A stretch of 64,000 nucleotides of DNA from Phoronis australis (lineage: Eukaryota > Animalia > Phoronida), in assembly GCA_002633005.1 (NCBI GenBank), contig NMRA01000112.1, positions 688,659-752,658 on the forward strand. The letters are read 5' to 3'. Shown piece by piece: positions 49,895 to 63,327 of this stretch (position 1 is its first letter; the number at the start of each line of letters is the position of its first letter). The notes beneath the pieces are model-generated. The model did not search any database and was not told the DNA's origin. It saw only the letters and a list, made by a program, of their open reading frames with translations. The position numbers and the translations under genes were made by a program.

Positions 49895-49995
49895 AAAACT
49901 ACGCGTTGATTAAGCAAAAGTATGTTTTGATAAATCAAAACTACACGTTGATTAACAAAATCATGCGTTGATAAAGCAAATCTATGCGTTGATCA
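49895..49995. repeat. ~21-bp tandem repeat (aaaa-ctacgcgttgat-taa), ~5 copies
   Basis: The core (c/t)gcgttgat recurs. Confidence 0.65.
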
Positions 49996-51159
49996 ACTTA
50001 AAGCAGATTTCAACGCGCAGAGAAGTCTGATGTATTCGTTTAAAAACCCGTTGGCACTTTATAGAAACGACACCGGAACAAACGAATGTAAACAGCTACC
50101 CATCGAAATCTGAATTCCATTCCTGGAGTTCCATGGTACAGATTATATATATTCATATCTCTTGTAGCATTTGTCAGAGTCAGAAGACCTTTGGCTAGAT
50201 TCTCATGTTAACTAGGAAGCCTGATATATTTCTTGGTACTTTCAAGATTATTAAACGTCACTGATAGTAATTTTAGAATTTCCCAGTCAATGCTAATTTC
50301 TCCCAAACGTGTGCACAACAGTCAAAATACGGCAGGTATGTGCAAATTTTATTAAGAATAACGCCATTTTTTTGCCAGAGATCATTTTGAGGTAATTTTT
50401 GGATTCTGATCGGGACAAACCCGCTTCGAAGTCCATAACTCTCCTTTTTGCAAATATAAATCATATGATAATCTCCCAGCGGCCTTTTATGTACAAAGAA
50501 TAAAACGAAAACGGATAAAGGATGTCACGCTCAAAGGCAAACGGTGAACCGGTTCCCTATATTAATATTGAGGGCCAGTCCAAAGGCGATCAAATAGCGA
50601 AACCCACTATATTAATATTCGATCCGTACAAGAACGTGACCACAACTGGTCCTCTATACTATGTATGGCCCCACCCGAAGGCAACCAAAGAGCAGGTCCA
50701 ATATATTAACACAGAGGCCCGGAATTGAATTTCATGCCTATGTCAAATTAATAAAAATAAGTTTTTTAAAGTAATAACAGATAAACATGAAGTACCGTTC
50801 AGGGTCGCCACAGTTGACGGACACATTTCGAAATTAACAGGAATAAGTAAAAGCAAATTTCAGGAACTTGGTAGATATAGAGGGAGAAATCAGAAAAAAT
50901 GCCACTAGGACAAGTTACTGTAGTAGGAGTCTTACGAAAATCAATGTCAGCTATACTTTTCTCTGCAGTTCTATGACACCTAGAATTTGTGGTGTAGGTG
51001 CCCCTGCACTTGTCTGAGTTACTCGTCCCCTGCAAGCAACAACATTTATGGATTCTTGAACGTTCAGAGCACACTGGAGAATGATACCGTTGCCAAACAG
51101 CTTCGTAATCTCTAACGCCAGAATAGCGCTGAGTTTACTAACTACAACACACTAACCTT

Positions 51160-52170
51160 AACAGTTTCGGCTCCTGTCAGCAGCCATGTTGCGAAGTTAA
51201 TGGATGCTAGGAGGCGTGACGATCAGGCTATTCCAAATTCTGGACAACTTATACCCTCCATCGGCCCTGTTCATGAGCGATCCACTTTTTTGTGACCCAG
51301 ACTGACTCTCTTATGCGTTTAGATCTTTGTTACTTTCAGACTCAGCAGGACGTGCATCATACCAGTTGATTAAAACGAACTTGAGAGAATGATCAGTCAC
51401 TGCAGATTTGTTAATAATACTCTGAGAACATTCCCTCTTTGAGCTTATGACCCTAGGCGCTGAGATAGATGCCATGTTGTGAACACACGTCGTGCAGATC
51501 CCCAAAGACCTTTTACATACGGGAGGACGACATTACCTTTTCTTTCGTCTTCCGGTTGACGATATGGCATAGACACTGCCATGAAGCCGCTTGGGCATCT
51601 TATTTCATCCTAAAGACAGAATAAATGCCAGTGTGCCACATTCTTTGCCTTAACTGTGAGTTTGTATACATCAGTGAAACTGACAGAGAGCTGTTTGTCA
51701 GACTCGATGATCACAGGAAGGAGGTGGATGAGTTACATCAACGTAGAGTCACACGTACCCTCAACGGGATCGAATCATTATAAAGAACAGAGGTAGACTT
51801 CCAAGACAATTGATTGTAAACGTTAAGGACGAAATATAATGTCCGCAACAAAAAAGCAGAATGTTTCTTAGCAGGCGTGCACAATTTCCCCTTGACAGTG
51901 CGTCCTTAACTCTATTTTTTAAGAACTCGCGAGTCCTATGCTTCGATACATCCGGGCACGTCATGGATACGATGTTAACGCGAAGTTATCATTTCCGTAA
52001 TCGCAGGTAAACGTTACTAGGGAGTCTTACGGGACAGTTAGATTCGACACCTCTATGCCTTATATCGCCACAATATTACTGGTCGGCACCAACTGCACCC
52101 CCGGAAGACACAAAATTTCAGTGCCCACACTTGCCTGACAACGTCCCTAGTAACCATCGTGAATATCGTG
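51160..52170. mobile_element. Rearranged Penelope-like relic
   Basis: Minus strand: KGNVVLPYVKGL, KSAVTDHS..INWYDAR..RIRESVWV..MNR.DGGYKLSRIW. Plus strand ~51600-51755: HPKDRI..VYISETDRELFVRLDDHRKEV. Confidence 0.7.
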
Positions 52171-53577
52171 CATTGTTTTCACGTTCCTCATTATGGGTTT
52201 TGTAAGACATACCTCATTACTTAAACGCCCTCTTAACAAGAAGCCTAACGAGGTAAGACTGAGGTTAATCTAATGGACATGTTCTAATTGCGCAATGTCA
52301 CCCAGACACCTCAAGCGTCCTTTGTTTTAGAACGTTTTCCTATTTTAAACATATCGAACTTGTATAATGACATTACTGTTAAAGCATGTTTATTCATTCA
52401 GCACTTAGTGAATTTATACCCAGGCTTCACTAAAGGCGCAAGATTGTTAAACTTGATGTTTTATGCGTTTTTTACCTATTCGCACTTCTTTTCAATTAAT
52501 TAAGTAATCTTAAATTAGAAGTAGGTCAACATCTACTCTATTCCGTTGATTCAACTTTCACTCACGGGTTGTTTTAAAAAATTGCTCCTTGATTTTACTC
52601 TGGTGTTTCAAAAATAGGCATATGGGGTTCACAGGACTCTTCACCGTTGTTCATATGTCGTTGGTGACGTCTTAAGCGAAGCGCTTTAGGGAAAAATATT
52701 TGAAAATATTACTACGCTCATCCGATCTTGAATTAGTACAGAATGATCATCTCACAGGCAACGCGTACAAGCGCCATTTTGAAATCCGCAGTTTTAAAAT
52801 AAGAAATTGATGTAATAATTTTATTTTTATACCTTTTCCTTCCACCAAGTCGGGAAGAAAAACAAAATAACAGTCATTAGAGAAAAACGAAAAAACTGCG
52901 CTTGCACGCGTAGAGTAATAACGGTAAGTACGCAGAACTATAACCAAACCTTTTGAGGTGCAGTCGTGGGCACACTTCAAAGCTTTGGGTTGTTTTAGTT
53001 AAATTTAATAAAATTTACGAAAATACACAAAGATGACATTTTTTAAATATTGTAATGTAAAAAAATTTTACTTCAATGAAGGGGTATGATTATTGATTTA
53101 ACATTAGTTACTATGTGCGACAATTAGGAGCGAAAATTAATGAAAATATGCCACTTAGGTATACGTGGTAATGTAAATTTCCTTCATATGTCATTTTGTA
53201 TATTACTAGTAGGCATAGCAACAGAGTTAGGGCTTGTTCACTTCAACCTTACGCAATTCACTAATCTCGAGCAAATTCCCTTTGTCCATGCATGCGTCAT
53301 GCACTCTCTAAAATTATGAAAATGTATATTTATGTTTCTATGTAACACCTAATCGTTGAAATGAGTCGTTCGAATATCAGTAAGCGTAGAAAAAATGAAT
53401 AAACAAATTACCTAATGAGGCAAAATGGGGTACTTAGTTTTGTGCGAATACAGAAAAGCAACAACAGAGTCGATTAAATTTGCTTTTAGGATACGCATAA
53501 AACAAATGATAAAAGAAAACTTAATTTTAATGATGCTAAACATGCAGGTCGTTTGCTCATCGCTGTTTTCGGCCTCC

Positions 53578-53717
53578 CGTTCAGTAACGCTAGGACCTCG
53601 CTAAAAAGCAAGACTTCGCGAGATTACGTGAGATATTGTCTTGTATTTCAAATGAGAACATGTGACTCTGGCTAGATTTTAGCTAGGTGCTAGCGTAGGT
53701 CCTAGCGTTACTGAACG
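53578..53717. mobile_element. 140-bp MITE/hairpin
   Basis: cgttcagtaacgctaggacct(-)cgcta versus tagcgtaggtcctagcgttactgaacg (21 bp perfect). Confidence 0.75.
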
Positions 53718-55266
53718 CACGCCTGATCGCCTTCTAACGGGTTAGTGAATTTCAATATCTTGGCGCGGCTATTTCCGTCGGCTATTACAGCCGCTTTATA
53801 ATTCGACCGTTGGCAGCTAAACAGGGGCGAGTGGGTAACATGTCACTGTTTCAAAGTGGCAAACGCTAGAAATACATGGTTTGAATGAAGTTGGGGTCTG
53901 CTTCGCTCTGGTTTCTTGTTTGTCGTTTAGTCTGCAAACAGTTTTTATTTTGTCCAACTGAGTTTGCTGACCTATATATAGTGTTGGATTTAGCCCGTCG
54001 TCCAGTGCGTTTAAGTTTTAGAGGTGTTGGCAGTTTGTATAGCCCATAATTATTCGTATTTCGTGCTCTACTATTTGATCAAATGATTCCTTGTCCAAAC
54101 TTATGTTATCACAGGACTAACGAAATGATGAACTTGTTTTCGAATAACGAATAAAACGAAACGACAATGAAGACATGTAGCCTAGTACTTGACTCGCTCT
54201 TTCTTAATTACTTCTGCTGGGCCAATAAAAGTATCAATAACTGTGTCAAATGAAACAAAACAACCGCGGGGGTACATTATTAACACAACGAAACAGGAAA
54301 CGCTGTAGATTTAAGCAATGCAATATAGACTGGTTTGTTTTCTTTTTACTAACCATCGCAAAACAAATTTTGATTTGGACCTTTTACCCCTATGAATCTG
54401 GACTCAAATTATTCCTTAGTCAAACTGAAAGTAGCTTCGGGCTACGAAAGAAATGAGTGATGGTTATTGCTCGGGAGAAGGCTCTACAAGTTGGTTTGTC
54501 ACGGCGTGTCATTTTATGCGCAGAGCAATGTGCTAACTGTCAGTCAGTTCTTTGCAAACCCAGGAATCCGAAGATTTTCATCCGAGCTGAAGTAGGTTGA
54601 GACCGGTAAAGCGTCTTAGTCAAACAGTCGCTTCTTGGACGAAACGCGGGTCAATAACCGATTTAACTGAAACGCATTGGATTTAAAAACATTACCACGA
54701 TTACCCGATCCCGCTAAATCGTTGCCAATTGAGCTCGCCACTCAAGTCATAGGCAATGCGTACCTAGGTCATTTTGGAATTCGAAAGATTACGAAAGGCC
54801 AATCCCAATAAACTGTCAAACGTTTCCTTGAGTTGTTGAAGGTCAGGATGCTGTTGCTGGTCAAGGCAACTGAGACTTCACGGCAAGTAATATTCTTAGA
54901 TTGATTCACTAGAATAAGTGGCGTTAATTATTTTTGTTTTCGGTAACTACATGTAAACCATTCCTCATACTGGGGGAAATGCAGTTAAACAGAAACCTGA
55001 AGAATAACACATTTGCCGTTTCGAAGAACACACGTTCAAAAATCCTGGACAACAGCAAACCATGATTAGTTGACCACAAAGATCCAAAGCGAGGTACACT
55101 GTAGCTAATCAGAAAACAGCAGTGAAAGGAGATTATGAAATATAACGAAAATAGGTCAAAGATTTATGTCACACAAAGAGTCGTCTGTACGACGAGTGAT
55201 AACACGTTGTATTAAACTTCTAAGAACAAGTCAACACAAATGCATAACTTGTATTGACAACATTTT

Positions 55267-55420
55267 CTATTCTCTAAAGCAATGAACAATTGGCTTTCCA
55301 TTGACTCCTTTCAAAATGGATTCCAATGCCTCTGGCGCCCTCTCAAGTGGAAATCGTTCCCCAATAACTGGCTTCACGTCAAGTTGGCCGGATGCCATCA
55401 TTTTAATAGTACGTTTATAC
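55267..55420 (-). CDS. SORD-like last exon
   Basis: tttcag|G TAT; MMASGQLDVKPVIGERFPLE..TAG. Confidence 0.9.
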
Positions 55421-58400
55421 CTGAAAAATATCGTCATTGTCTGTGACGTGAGTAAAATATTATGGTTAGTGGACAACTCTTGTATTTTGATGAGAGTGGA
55501 CACAATTCCGAATTAATACCCCCATGAATTGGGAATTATAATAGCCCACATCAAATAGAGTTAATATCCCAAAAACATAATTATAGAAAGTATCACACAG
55601 GACGATCGACTCTTATTGGTCGGAAGGTGCAGGAGGGCCGGGGGGAACTTCGGAATTACATGTACGTCCACTCTGACCCACCGTACGCAAGTTTCGAACA
55701 CTAATTAGTAATCTTTAGCATATGTGTACTTGGCAAGTTGCAGAGCATAGCCATCCAAAGGACATCTGACGATGGTCATACTTAGCGTAAGTGTATAGTT
55801 ACAAAACGATTTGTTTGTATCTATGCCTACATGAACACTACCTACAGTAATGGCGTTTACATGGACAATTTAATTGCTATTTCGACCACACTTTTCGTGG
55901 ACATAAAAATATCTATTAAAATGACAACTTCGTCTCTCACGTTGTCGGCTTTCCTGCTGCAAAACGCATTTGAGATTAATGTTGGATGAAACAGATTTCT
56001 TGAAACTTGCAGCTTTGACCTGAGTTATAAATCAACACAATCAGTTGTCTTTGTGCGAGCTTTAGACTGCGACCGCGGCGGTTCCAGTTTCGATTCCGGG
56101 ATTTCGCCGGAAATGCCCCTTTAAAAAGAGGACGATTTTATTTAGCAAATTCCGAGACCATAGACTGTGGTGAGATAATTGCGTTAGTCCACTAATCACT
56201 AAAAGTCAGCATGCACGAATCGTATCGGATACGATTTTTCCTTGCATACCTGTATAATGTCGCTGTTTCGCAACTAGAAATGGTGTTCTTGTGCTGAATT
56301 AGTCATCACACGAATAATCGTTGCCGATAGAATTCTCAAAAATCGCGATTCCCAACCGAAGAAAATCTTTACGTGCGCGATGTACTTAGAATATATAATA
56401 TAATCGGTGATAATAAAACAGAATTAAAATACGGAAAATAGAACAAAATTTCACGAAGTTGTCTCGGACAACATTTCCATAGTTGTTCGTTTTTTCATCA
56501 AAATACCTCATATTTTTGCTTTATTAGTGTGTTTAACTTTTAGTTTTATTTTCTAAAAATCTGTGACGCCGGTGACTCACGAATTTCTGGACTGTTAAAC
56601 CACGTATCGCGCAATTTCAGTGTTCAGGCGTGTGTCTAACAGTGCAGTACTTCGGTAATAGTTCTAGCCCCCAAGACACCTGGGTTTACTGGCAGATGTA
56701 ATTAGCAGGTAATCGGACATAGCGGATTTGGGCATTGAAGAAAGTGAGGTTCGCCAGATTATGCCAACTTGCCGAAGATTTCAATCAGTAAGTTAATCAA
56801 AGACTGGAAACTACAGGATTTTCAAAAACAGTATTAAGTTGACGCTTGGAAGCAATCAACATTAGGAAGATGACACCGGGAGGGGAATGTGAACCCATGC
56901 GGCTGTCTACTCAAGCAATTTCGACATTTCTGGCAATGTTCTAACTAACTCCTCTCGCACGGCAGCCCAGCACTCCGTTTCGTTCCAAATGCTCTAGTGT
57001 ACTTTGGCACTTCACAACTTTTTCTCACATATAATCGAGAAATTAGCCATTGACTTTATTTTTTCTTGTTCACGCCGCCTTTGATGAGCTGATAACTTAA
57101 TACAAAAATAGGCCCCAAAATGCCTTTTTCAGCCGTAAAACTGTCTCTCTTTAATAGAGGCAATGGGGGTACCAAACACAATTGCAACGAAACTCATTTG
57201 TAAATCCTATGAATTACTAAATAAAATACAAAATAACGATTAAATGTCTTATTTTTAATCGTAATTATAGTATACATGTAGCAATAGACTTTCTGGCTAT
57301 TATATAATCAACAACTAATGAATTTGAATTGCATTGTCATGAGTTATTAAAAATGCACTCATGAAATGAATGCGCTAATTTCAAAACATCACCGATTTCA
57401 TCTATAAGTTTGAACAATGCAACTACCCGTTTAGGTGAGCTTAAGTTTGATATACTTACGCTTGTCCGTACTTGAAGACGGGCTTGATGTCTATTTCTCT
57501 AACGGCGGCCTTTACCAAAGGTAGTTTGCATTCAGCTGGGGCAAGACCCGCCAAGGCAAGAATGCCACCTGGTTTGGTTGCCTACCAAAATTGCATAGTC
57601 GGTGATAACTATGTAACTGAATCGCAGTCGTCCAAATGTGAACAGTCAATGAATTCACATCATTTGATTTATTGTATATGGTTATAATTGTATATGACAC
57701 GTTTACTCAGAAAATTATTTTTTATCATGAATCATATTTTGAAAAAAATCAAAAAAGACATTTTTCTATAGAGAAAGAGTTGCTATACCATTATCGACAC
57801 ATTTTGAACGTCTGAAAACCAACATATTGACTGTTGACCAGGTGAAAGTCAAAAATTGTTTCATTATAAGATTACTTTGGCTAATTAATTTATGGAAGGG
57901 GGAAATCTTTTGGATACAGGTTTATAACTCCGTGATCAGTCTAAGTCCGACAACAGCTTGGGTTATCACTTATTCTACATAAAACATATTGTGACTTCAA
58001 ATTGAAGCCAATTTTTGACTTATTTGATTCAATAAAGACGAGTTCAACAAAGGAGTAAAAGTGCTGCCGTTAAACGTTTTTTTTCTATTCACTCTCTTCC
58101 AACTTGTCACACTGGAGACAATTGGGAAAAAATAAACACGGAAAAATATTACCATTGCAATTTAATCGACATTCTAGCATTTGAATTTTCAAAATCAATA
58201 CTCAAAACAATAAGTGTTACAACACGACATTACCAGTAAACCAAGTCTGATTCCACCCTCGCTGCCGCTACAGTCAATAGTGCATTCTGGGTAATCACCC
58301 AACAATTCGCGGACCTGCTCGGCAAAATCTTCCTCGCTCTTGTTCTTTTGGATTTCCACGCCGTGGGTCGCGCCCACTGTTTTCGCGAACTCTACTCGGC

Positions 58401-61400
58401 TTGCTACAATATCTGAAATATTTGCAAGACATGGAGATGATTGCACTCCATCTCAAGCACATTTAAATCCGCTCATGTTAAAAATGCCATGGTGTTGACG
58501 GGCTAGTACTTTTAGTCATGCTTGAAGAAGAGGCAGCCATTGCAAGAATTTCTTCATTTTGAATCACTAGAATTCCTATTGTCCAAAAATCGAAAAACAC
58601 ACACCTGCAGCGACAATAACGGTTGCGCCAAAAGCTTTGGCAGCCAACACAGTCAGACATCCTATGGCGCCTGCTCCGATAACCAATACCGATTTGCCGG
58701 GCTTCACTTCGGCTCTGTCACAGGCATAGACGCAGACAACCGCTGGCTCGATGAGAGCGCCCTCTTCGAATCCAAGATTATCAGGCAGGCTGAAAATTTA
58801 TCATACACATGTGTAAAAGGTTCCCAAAGGGCTATGATTTTTGTACGAGGCGCTTATTACGGGTTGAATGTCATTAATTCTAAAGTATTTATTAGTTTAA
58901 CGAGTGAGTTCCCGGTAAACTCTAGATGATGTCCAAAATTATCATACGGACAAGATTATTTATGAGCTGTACGTCAAACGAAGACAATGCAAATATCACA
59001 CGCATTAGTAATCATAATATCCGTAGACAAGACTTTAATGACAGGTGTTCGCAACACTGTCAACGCCATATGAATTACAAAACATCATCTCAAGTTTGTG
59101 TATTTCTGATCTCCCTGCTGACGGGTAGACGGGGAACTGCTTGACAACTAAATTCAGTGTGCATTTTTAAGGAATTCATCGAACATTATTTAACAAAAAA
59201 TTCTTGTTTAAGTCTTTTCAAATCAAGGGTGGGCATTTTTTCTTTTATTACACAAACAGTGCGTGCGCGCTATTGCAAGAACTCAGCAGCTCACCTGAAG
59301 TAACTTATCGAGCGTGGTCAGAAATACCAGAGCACACAAAGAAACGTCAAGGGCTCCCAGGGGCTATACGGTTACCCCAGATTACGAACTACATGTATTG
59401 AACGTGGGCTGAGCAAACATGGTGGATATAAGTTGTCATGCAAACTCGCGCGCTCTGGATATTAGCAACATTTTGTATGGATCGCCTGCGCCCCTGTCTA
59501 CGTCACTGGCTAAAGGAAAGTTCACTTCTAAATCACCGGTGCAGGAACTCCTGGGGCTGGGTGCAGTATCGGGCGTAATGGCCGCATCCGTCTGTCTTTG
59601 TTAGCACAGTATCTGGGCACAGCTGAAGCTTGCCATTACGACAGTAGTCACACTTGAGACAGGCTATGCTTGGCTCCAGAGCAACCCGATCACCTGTCAG
59701 AGTATAGGTCTATTTGTACGCGTGCGTAATACCTGAACACGTGAGTGAACGCTGAAGGAGTTCAGATACAGTGAACACCTTTGCACGGTCAGAAGAGTTG
59801 AGAGCGTTAATATAATACTAACGATGATTTTACAGATGATAACAATGATGGCGACAACGAGGACAATGCTAATCAATGTTGCACGACGATGTTGATTAAG
59901 CAAGTTAGCAGTGATGAATAAACACTCTAAATACAAGTGTTCACCTAATTGTTTTTGACATTTACCTATTTTATACTCAGTCACCCCGTGACCAAGTTTG
60001 GAGATCACGCCACTTGTCTCATGTCCCAAAATTCTTGGCTCCAATATCGGGTTGTCTGGAGTGCAGACGTAACCTCGTTTCCAATAGTGTACGTCTGTTC
60101 CACATACCCCTACGCTGTGGATCTTCACTTGAACTTCTGCAACCAAGCGAAGTAAGACGGGATCGACATCTTTGCACAAACTATTATGAAACAACGGAAC
60201 GTCATGAAGTAGTATTTAAACTTCATAATAAAGCACATGATAGATTTAATACTGAGTAATTCCCGATGAACGGAAAATTCTTCTCAGACTGAAGAGCGTG
60301 TACAGAGGAGGATTTTCAAAAACGTTTTTTCAAAAATGTTCAACAGTTTTGCCACTTGCCTTGTGTCAACAAGAAAATTGACAACATTTTAACAATGTGT
60401 TGGAAACGAATTTATTGGTGAAACATGAGCGGGAGAAGACTTTTTTTGAGGGAAAATAGATGACATGGAGAGGATAGCTCTACGGCGACTTTGTTTCTTG
60501 TTGTGGAGAGACGGCAATCGTGGCTATTTAGTGGGAGAAGGAGAGATGTGGAAAGGAAAATGATAAAAGCAATGGATAGGTCTTACATATAGATTCACAT
60601 TGAGGGAACAACATGGGAAATATCATTGGTTGTTGAGGGAGTTACGTGTAAGATACGAGTCACCTTGAAAAGATCCCATAATTTCAGGTCGATCACAAGG
60701 TTATTCCGATAATGGTGGCAGAATGTTGAACAAAAACGGATTTTGTATGTTCACAGTAATTTTTACAATATGGTTTTGCAATTTCAAAAACTTGTAAGAA
60801 AAGTAATCTAACAATTCCTTTCCACTGTTTTCCCTAAATGTTATATAGCAGTATGTTGGAAATATTATTTCCTCTGTGTAAATTGGACAGCATTTCTACA
60901 ACGCGGTGTTGCGACAAAAGGGATGTTGGAGAAATATATAAACATGTCACCAATGTAAAAATACCTTAAGGGCACCGCCACGAAGGTAGTCGCGCCAAAG
61001 AAACGCTGAACAATTTTTTAAATGTAGCTTTAAGGTTATGTAGGACCTTATTGATAGGTCCTCACATTAAGCTGTAAAACTATAGATTTTCACTCAGTGA
61101 AAGTATATATTTTTTAAAGTAGAACTGTTTAACAACATTTTACTAATTGGGTCACGTCTTTGAATAAAATTTAGCAAAAAAGATACATGGATTGCAAAAC
61201 AACGGTATCAATGACATGATTTGGTTATATTTAAATATTCAAGGTGAGATCTCAAAAACTCTGCTACAGTTTTCTAAAATATCACTCGTTTTTGTGTTGT
61301 GCATCTTGAGTGCCCCATCTTAACAACAATGTTTTGGACACAGGCGCTTGAGTTTATCTGTACCTCTATCACGACTGACGACATTCATTACTAACAAAAC

Positions 61401-62620
61401 ATAAAGATTGGACAGTAAAAATCGACTTGGTCAGAATTTTCTACTCAAATGGGCATGGAACTCTACGAAATCAGCATCCTTCGGAAAAAAATCTTTGAAT
61501 ACCTTCTTTCACTTGATCACTTCAAATTACCCTCGATTTCTGATTTGTTGACAACAATGTCAAAAAACACCAAAATCAAAAATTCAAGGACCTTACTTTG
61601 TGACGTAAGACGTTCATGGTAGACGACCTTCGAGCATCCGGGTTTTTGGCGGACACTTCCGAAGCATTTCCGAAGCTCTCTTTTCGCGCGCCTACGAATG
61701 TTATTTGAATGCACTGCACATAACTTAACATCAGTTTGAATGTACTTAAACTCTGGTGATGAAAAACAACGTTGTTTATGACCGAAATACCACGGGTTGC
61801 TAACTACTAACGCTGGCCTACTGCGAAATCCTGCAGTTGCCGATAGGTGATTTACCGCAACTAAACGTGAGGTCAGACATCGGAAATCTTCGCCAAAAAC
61901 GAGTTTTCGTTGTCTTTCAACAAAGAGTAGCACATGATGTCTAGATAAAACACAAGATAAGCCAATTCTTGCAATTGAATTCTAGGTTAAGTGATAAAAT
62001 GAGCTATAAGAAGAAACGCATTACACGTAAATGGAAGGTTTTTTAGTAACCTCAATCATTTAAATTGGGAATAAATTTCTTGACCTTGACATAGGGGTTG
62101 CTTGCTGAAACTCGAAATTTTATTTTCGACAGACGTAAAAGTTAAAGTACAACAAGAATCCGTCATGTTGACTATTTTAGGTCGTTGAATTCAGAGTTTT
62201 GAAATTGTTTTAAAATTCCGTTGCCAATTCACCTCTCACGGGGATAATTTAATGGGATCAAGGAAAGATAAGGCGTCGGAGGTTTATGCAATACCAGTCT
62301 GAGGGAGATGTATGCAGATTTTATTTGGATTTGGAACAGCTGAACTTGGGAGCTTCGGCTCGGCAAAGTTTTAGTGTCCAACCTTGTCTCTTATAAATGG
62401 TTATGAGTCATCCTGAAATTTGAGCGCATATGGTCTTGGATAACATAGCACAGTGCATAATATCTAAAATTTCATATGAATTCAATCAGATGTTTCTGAG
62501 ACATAACGCTCCGAAGTTAAGCAAATTTGGAAATTTTTACCAGGGTCCTACGCAAAATTAAGTTGAAGCAAACAAACAAGACTCACGTCCATTGCCTGGT
62601 TCAGGAATCGGTCTCTCTTC
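55267..62620 (-). CDS. SORD: Sorbitol dehydrogenase-like zinc-dependent medium-chain dehydrogenase; first coding exon not found
   Basis: Exons 62620-62587, 60136-59966, 59693-59537, 58789-58605, 58412-58234, 57581-57460 and 55420-55267 join in frame (1002 nt incl. stop). Motifs: EERPIPEP, VGVCGTDVHYW, LGHETSG, GDRVALEP, CxxCxxCx7C, FEEGALIEP, GAGAIG, IDCSG, AAVREIDI. Confidence 0.88.
57460..57581 (-). CDS. SORD-like exon
   Basis: tggtag|...|gtaagt; ATKPGGILALAGL..LPLVKAAVREIDIKPVFKY. Confidence 0.9.
58234..58412 (-). CDS. SORD-like exon
   Basis: tttcag|...|gtaatg; DIVASRVEFAKTVGATH..TIDCSGSE. Confidence 0.9.
58605..58789 (-). CDS. SORD-like exon (start of Rossmann fold)
   Basis: tttcag|...|gtgtgt; LPDNLGFEEGALIEPAVVCVYAC..VLVIGAGAIG. 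Confidence 0.92.
59537..59693 (-). CDS. SORD-like exon (structural Zn lobe)
   Basis: tgacag|...|gtgatt; GDRVALEPSIACLKCDYCRNGKLQLCPD. Confidence 0.9.
59966..60136 (-). CDS. SORD-like exon (catalytic Zn ligands CGTD, GHE)
   Basis: ttgcag|...|gtaaat; QVQVKIHSVGVCGTDVHYWKRG..ILGHETSGVISKLG. Confidence 0.92.
62587..62620 (-). CDS. SORD-like micro-exon (EERPIPEPGNG)
   Basis: 34 bp, ttgtag|...|gtgagt; phase matches the next exon. Confidence 0.88.
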
Positions 62621-63327
62621 CTACAAGAAACAAATTGGTTTCTTAGAGGAACATTTCTTTGCGGTCAAAGATTTCCTTGTTTTTTTTTTGTCAAAAATGC
62701 TTATTTCTCAGTAATCAATGACTTACAGTGTTTAAGTTAAAGGTACCTTTCACTATTTTAAGCTGCTAAAGAAACACAAAACAAATTAGGCATTTTACTC
62801 TCATATATTAGTACATTCTCAAGATTTTTCTTCCCATGATAGGACTTTTCATTTTGTTCATAACGAATTAAAGAAAGGCAAAAGTCCAGTGATGAGTGCA
62901 AACCCCAGTGAGAACTGTGCAATGCCTATTAAGAAAGGTGATCTTAGTTGACCTAATTACTAAGTAGTGACGTTTTGTCCACGTGGCAATGTCAAGTGTG
63001 CATTTTAGGAATATGGTGCATAGATGAACGGCGGAAATTTCCCTGAAAGATTCTCTGTCGCTGTGTCGCTTATGCCATGTTTGGAACTTTACCCACCGAC
63101 TCATTTGACCCCAGTTCGAGGCAGCCGGCTAAGATAACGTACTATTTTCAAACGCTGAAACTCATCAGTTAAGAGCTCAAAACATGGTAAAAACTGCTTA
63201 AACCCACCAATTTCATTTCAAAACACCAAAATAACTCCACCAGTCTCCCAACTGTCAAATTGGAACACCCGCGAACAATGATGATGTGTTAATTAGCTTA
63301 TCTAGAGTTACAAGTTGGATTGATTGG

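Noticed and set aside
50540-50725. Repeated ctatattaatatt motifs as a regulatory array
   Set aside because: Four degenerate copies, more simply explained as repeat-element subterminal motifs.
56060-56120. tRNA-like segment (gtttcgattccgg)
   Set aside because: Only a T-loop-like motif, with no acceptor or anticodon stems.
62892-62951. MSANPSENCAMPIKKGDLS* as SORD exon 1 (resembles ..KKGDLRL)
   Set aside because: It is on the wrong strand, ends in a stop and has no donor site. The true first exon is probably beyond the window or unrecognised.
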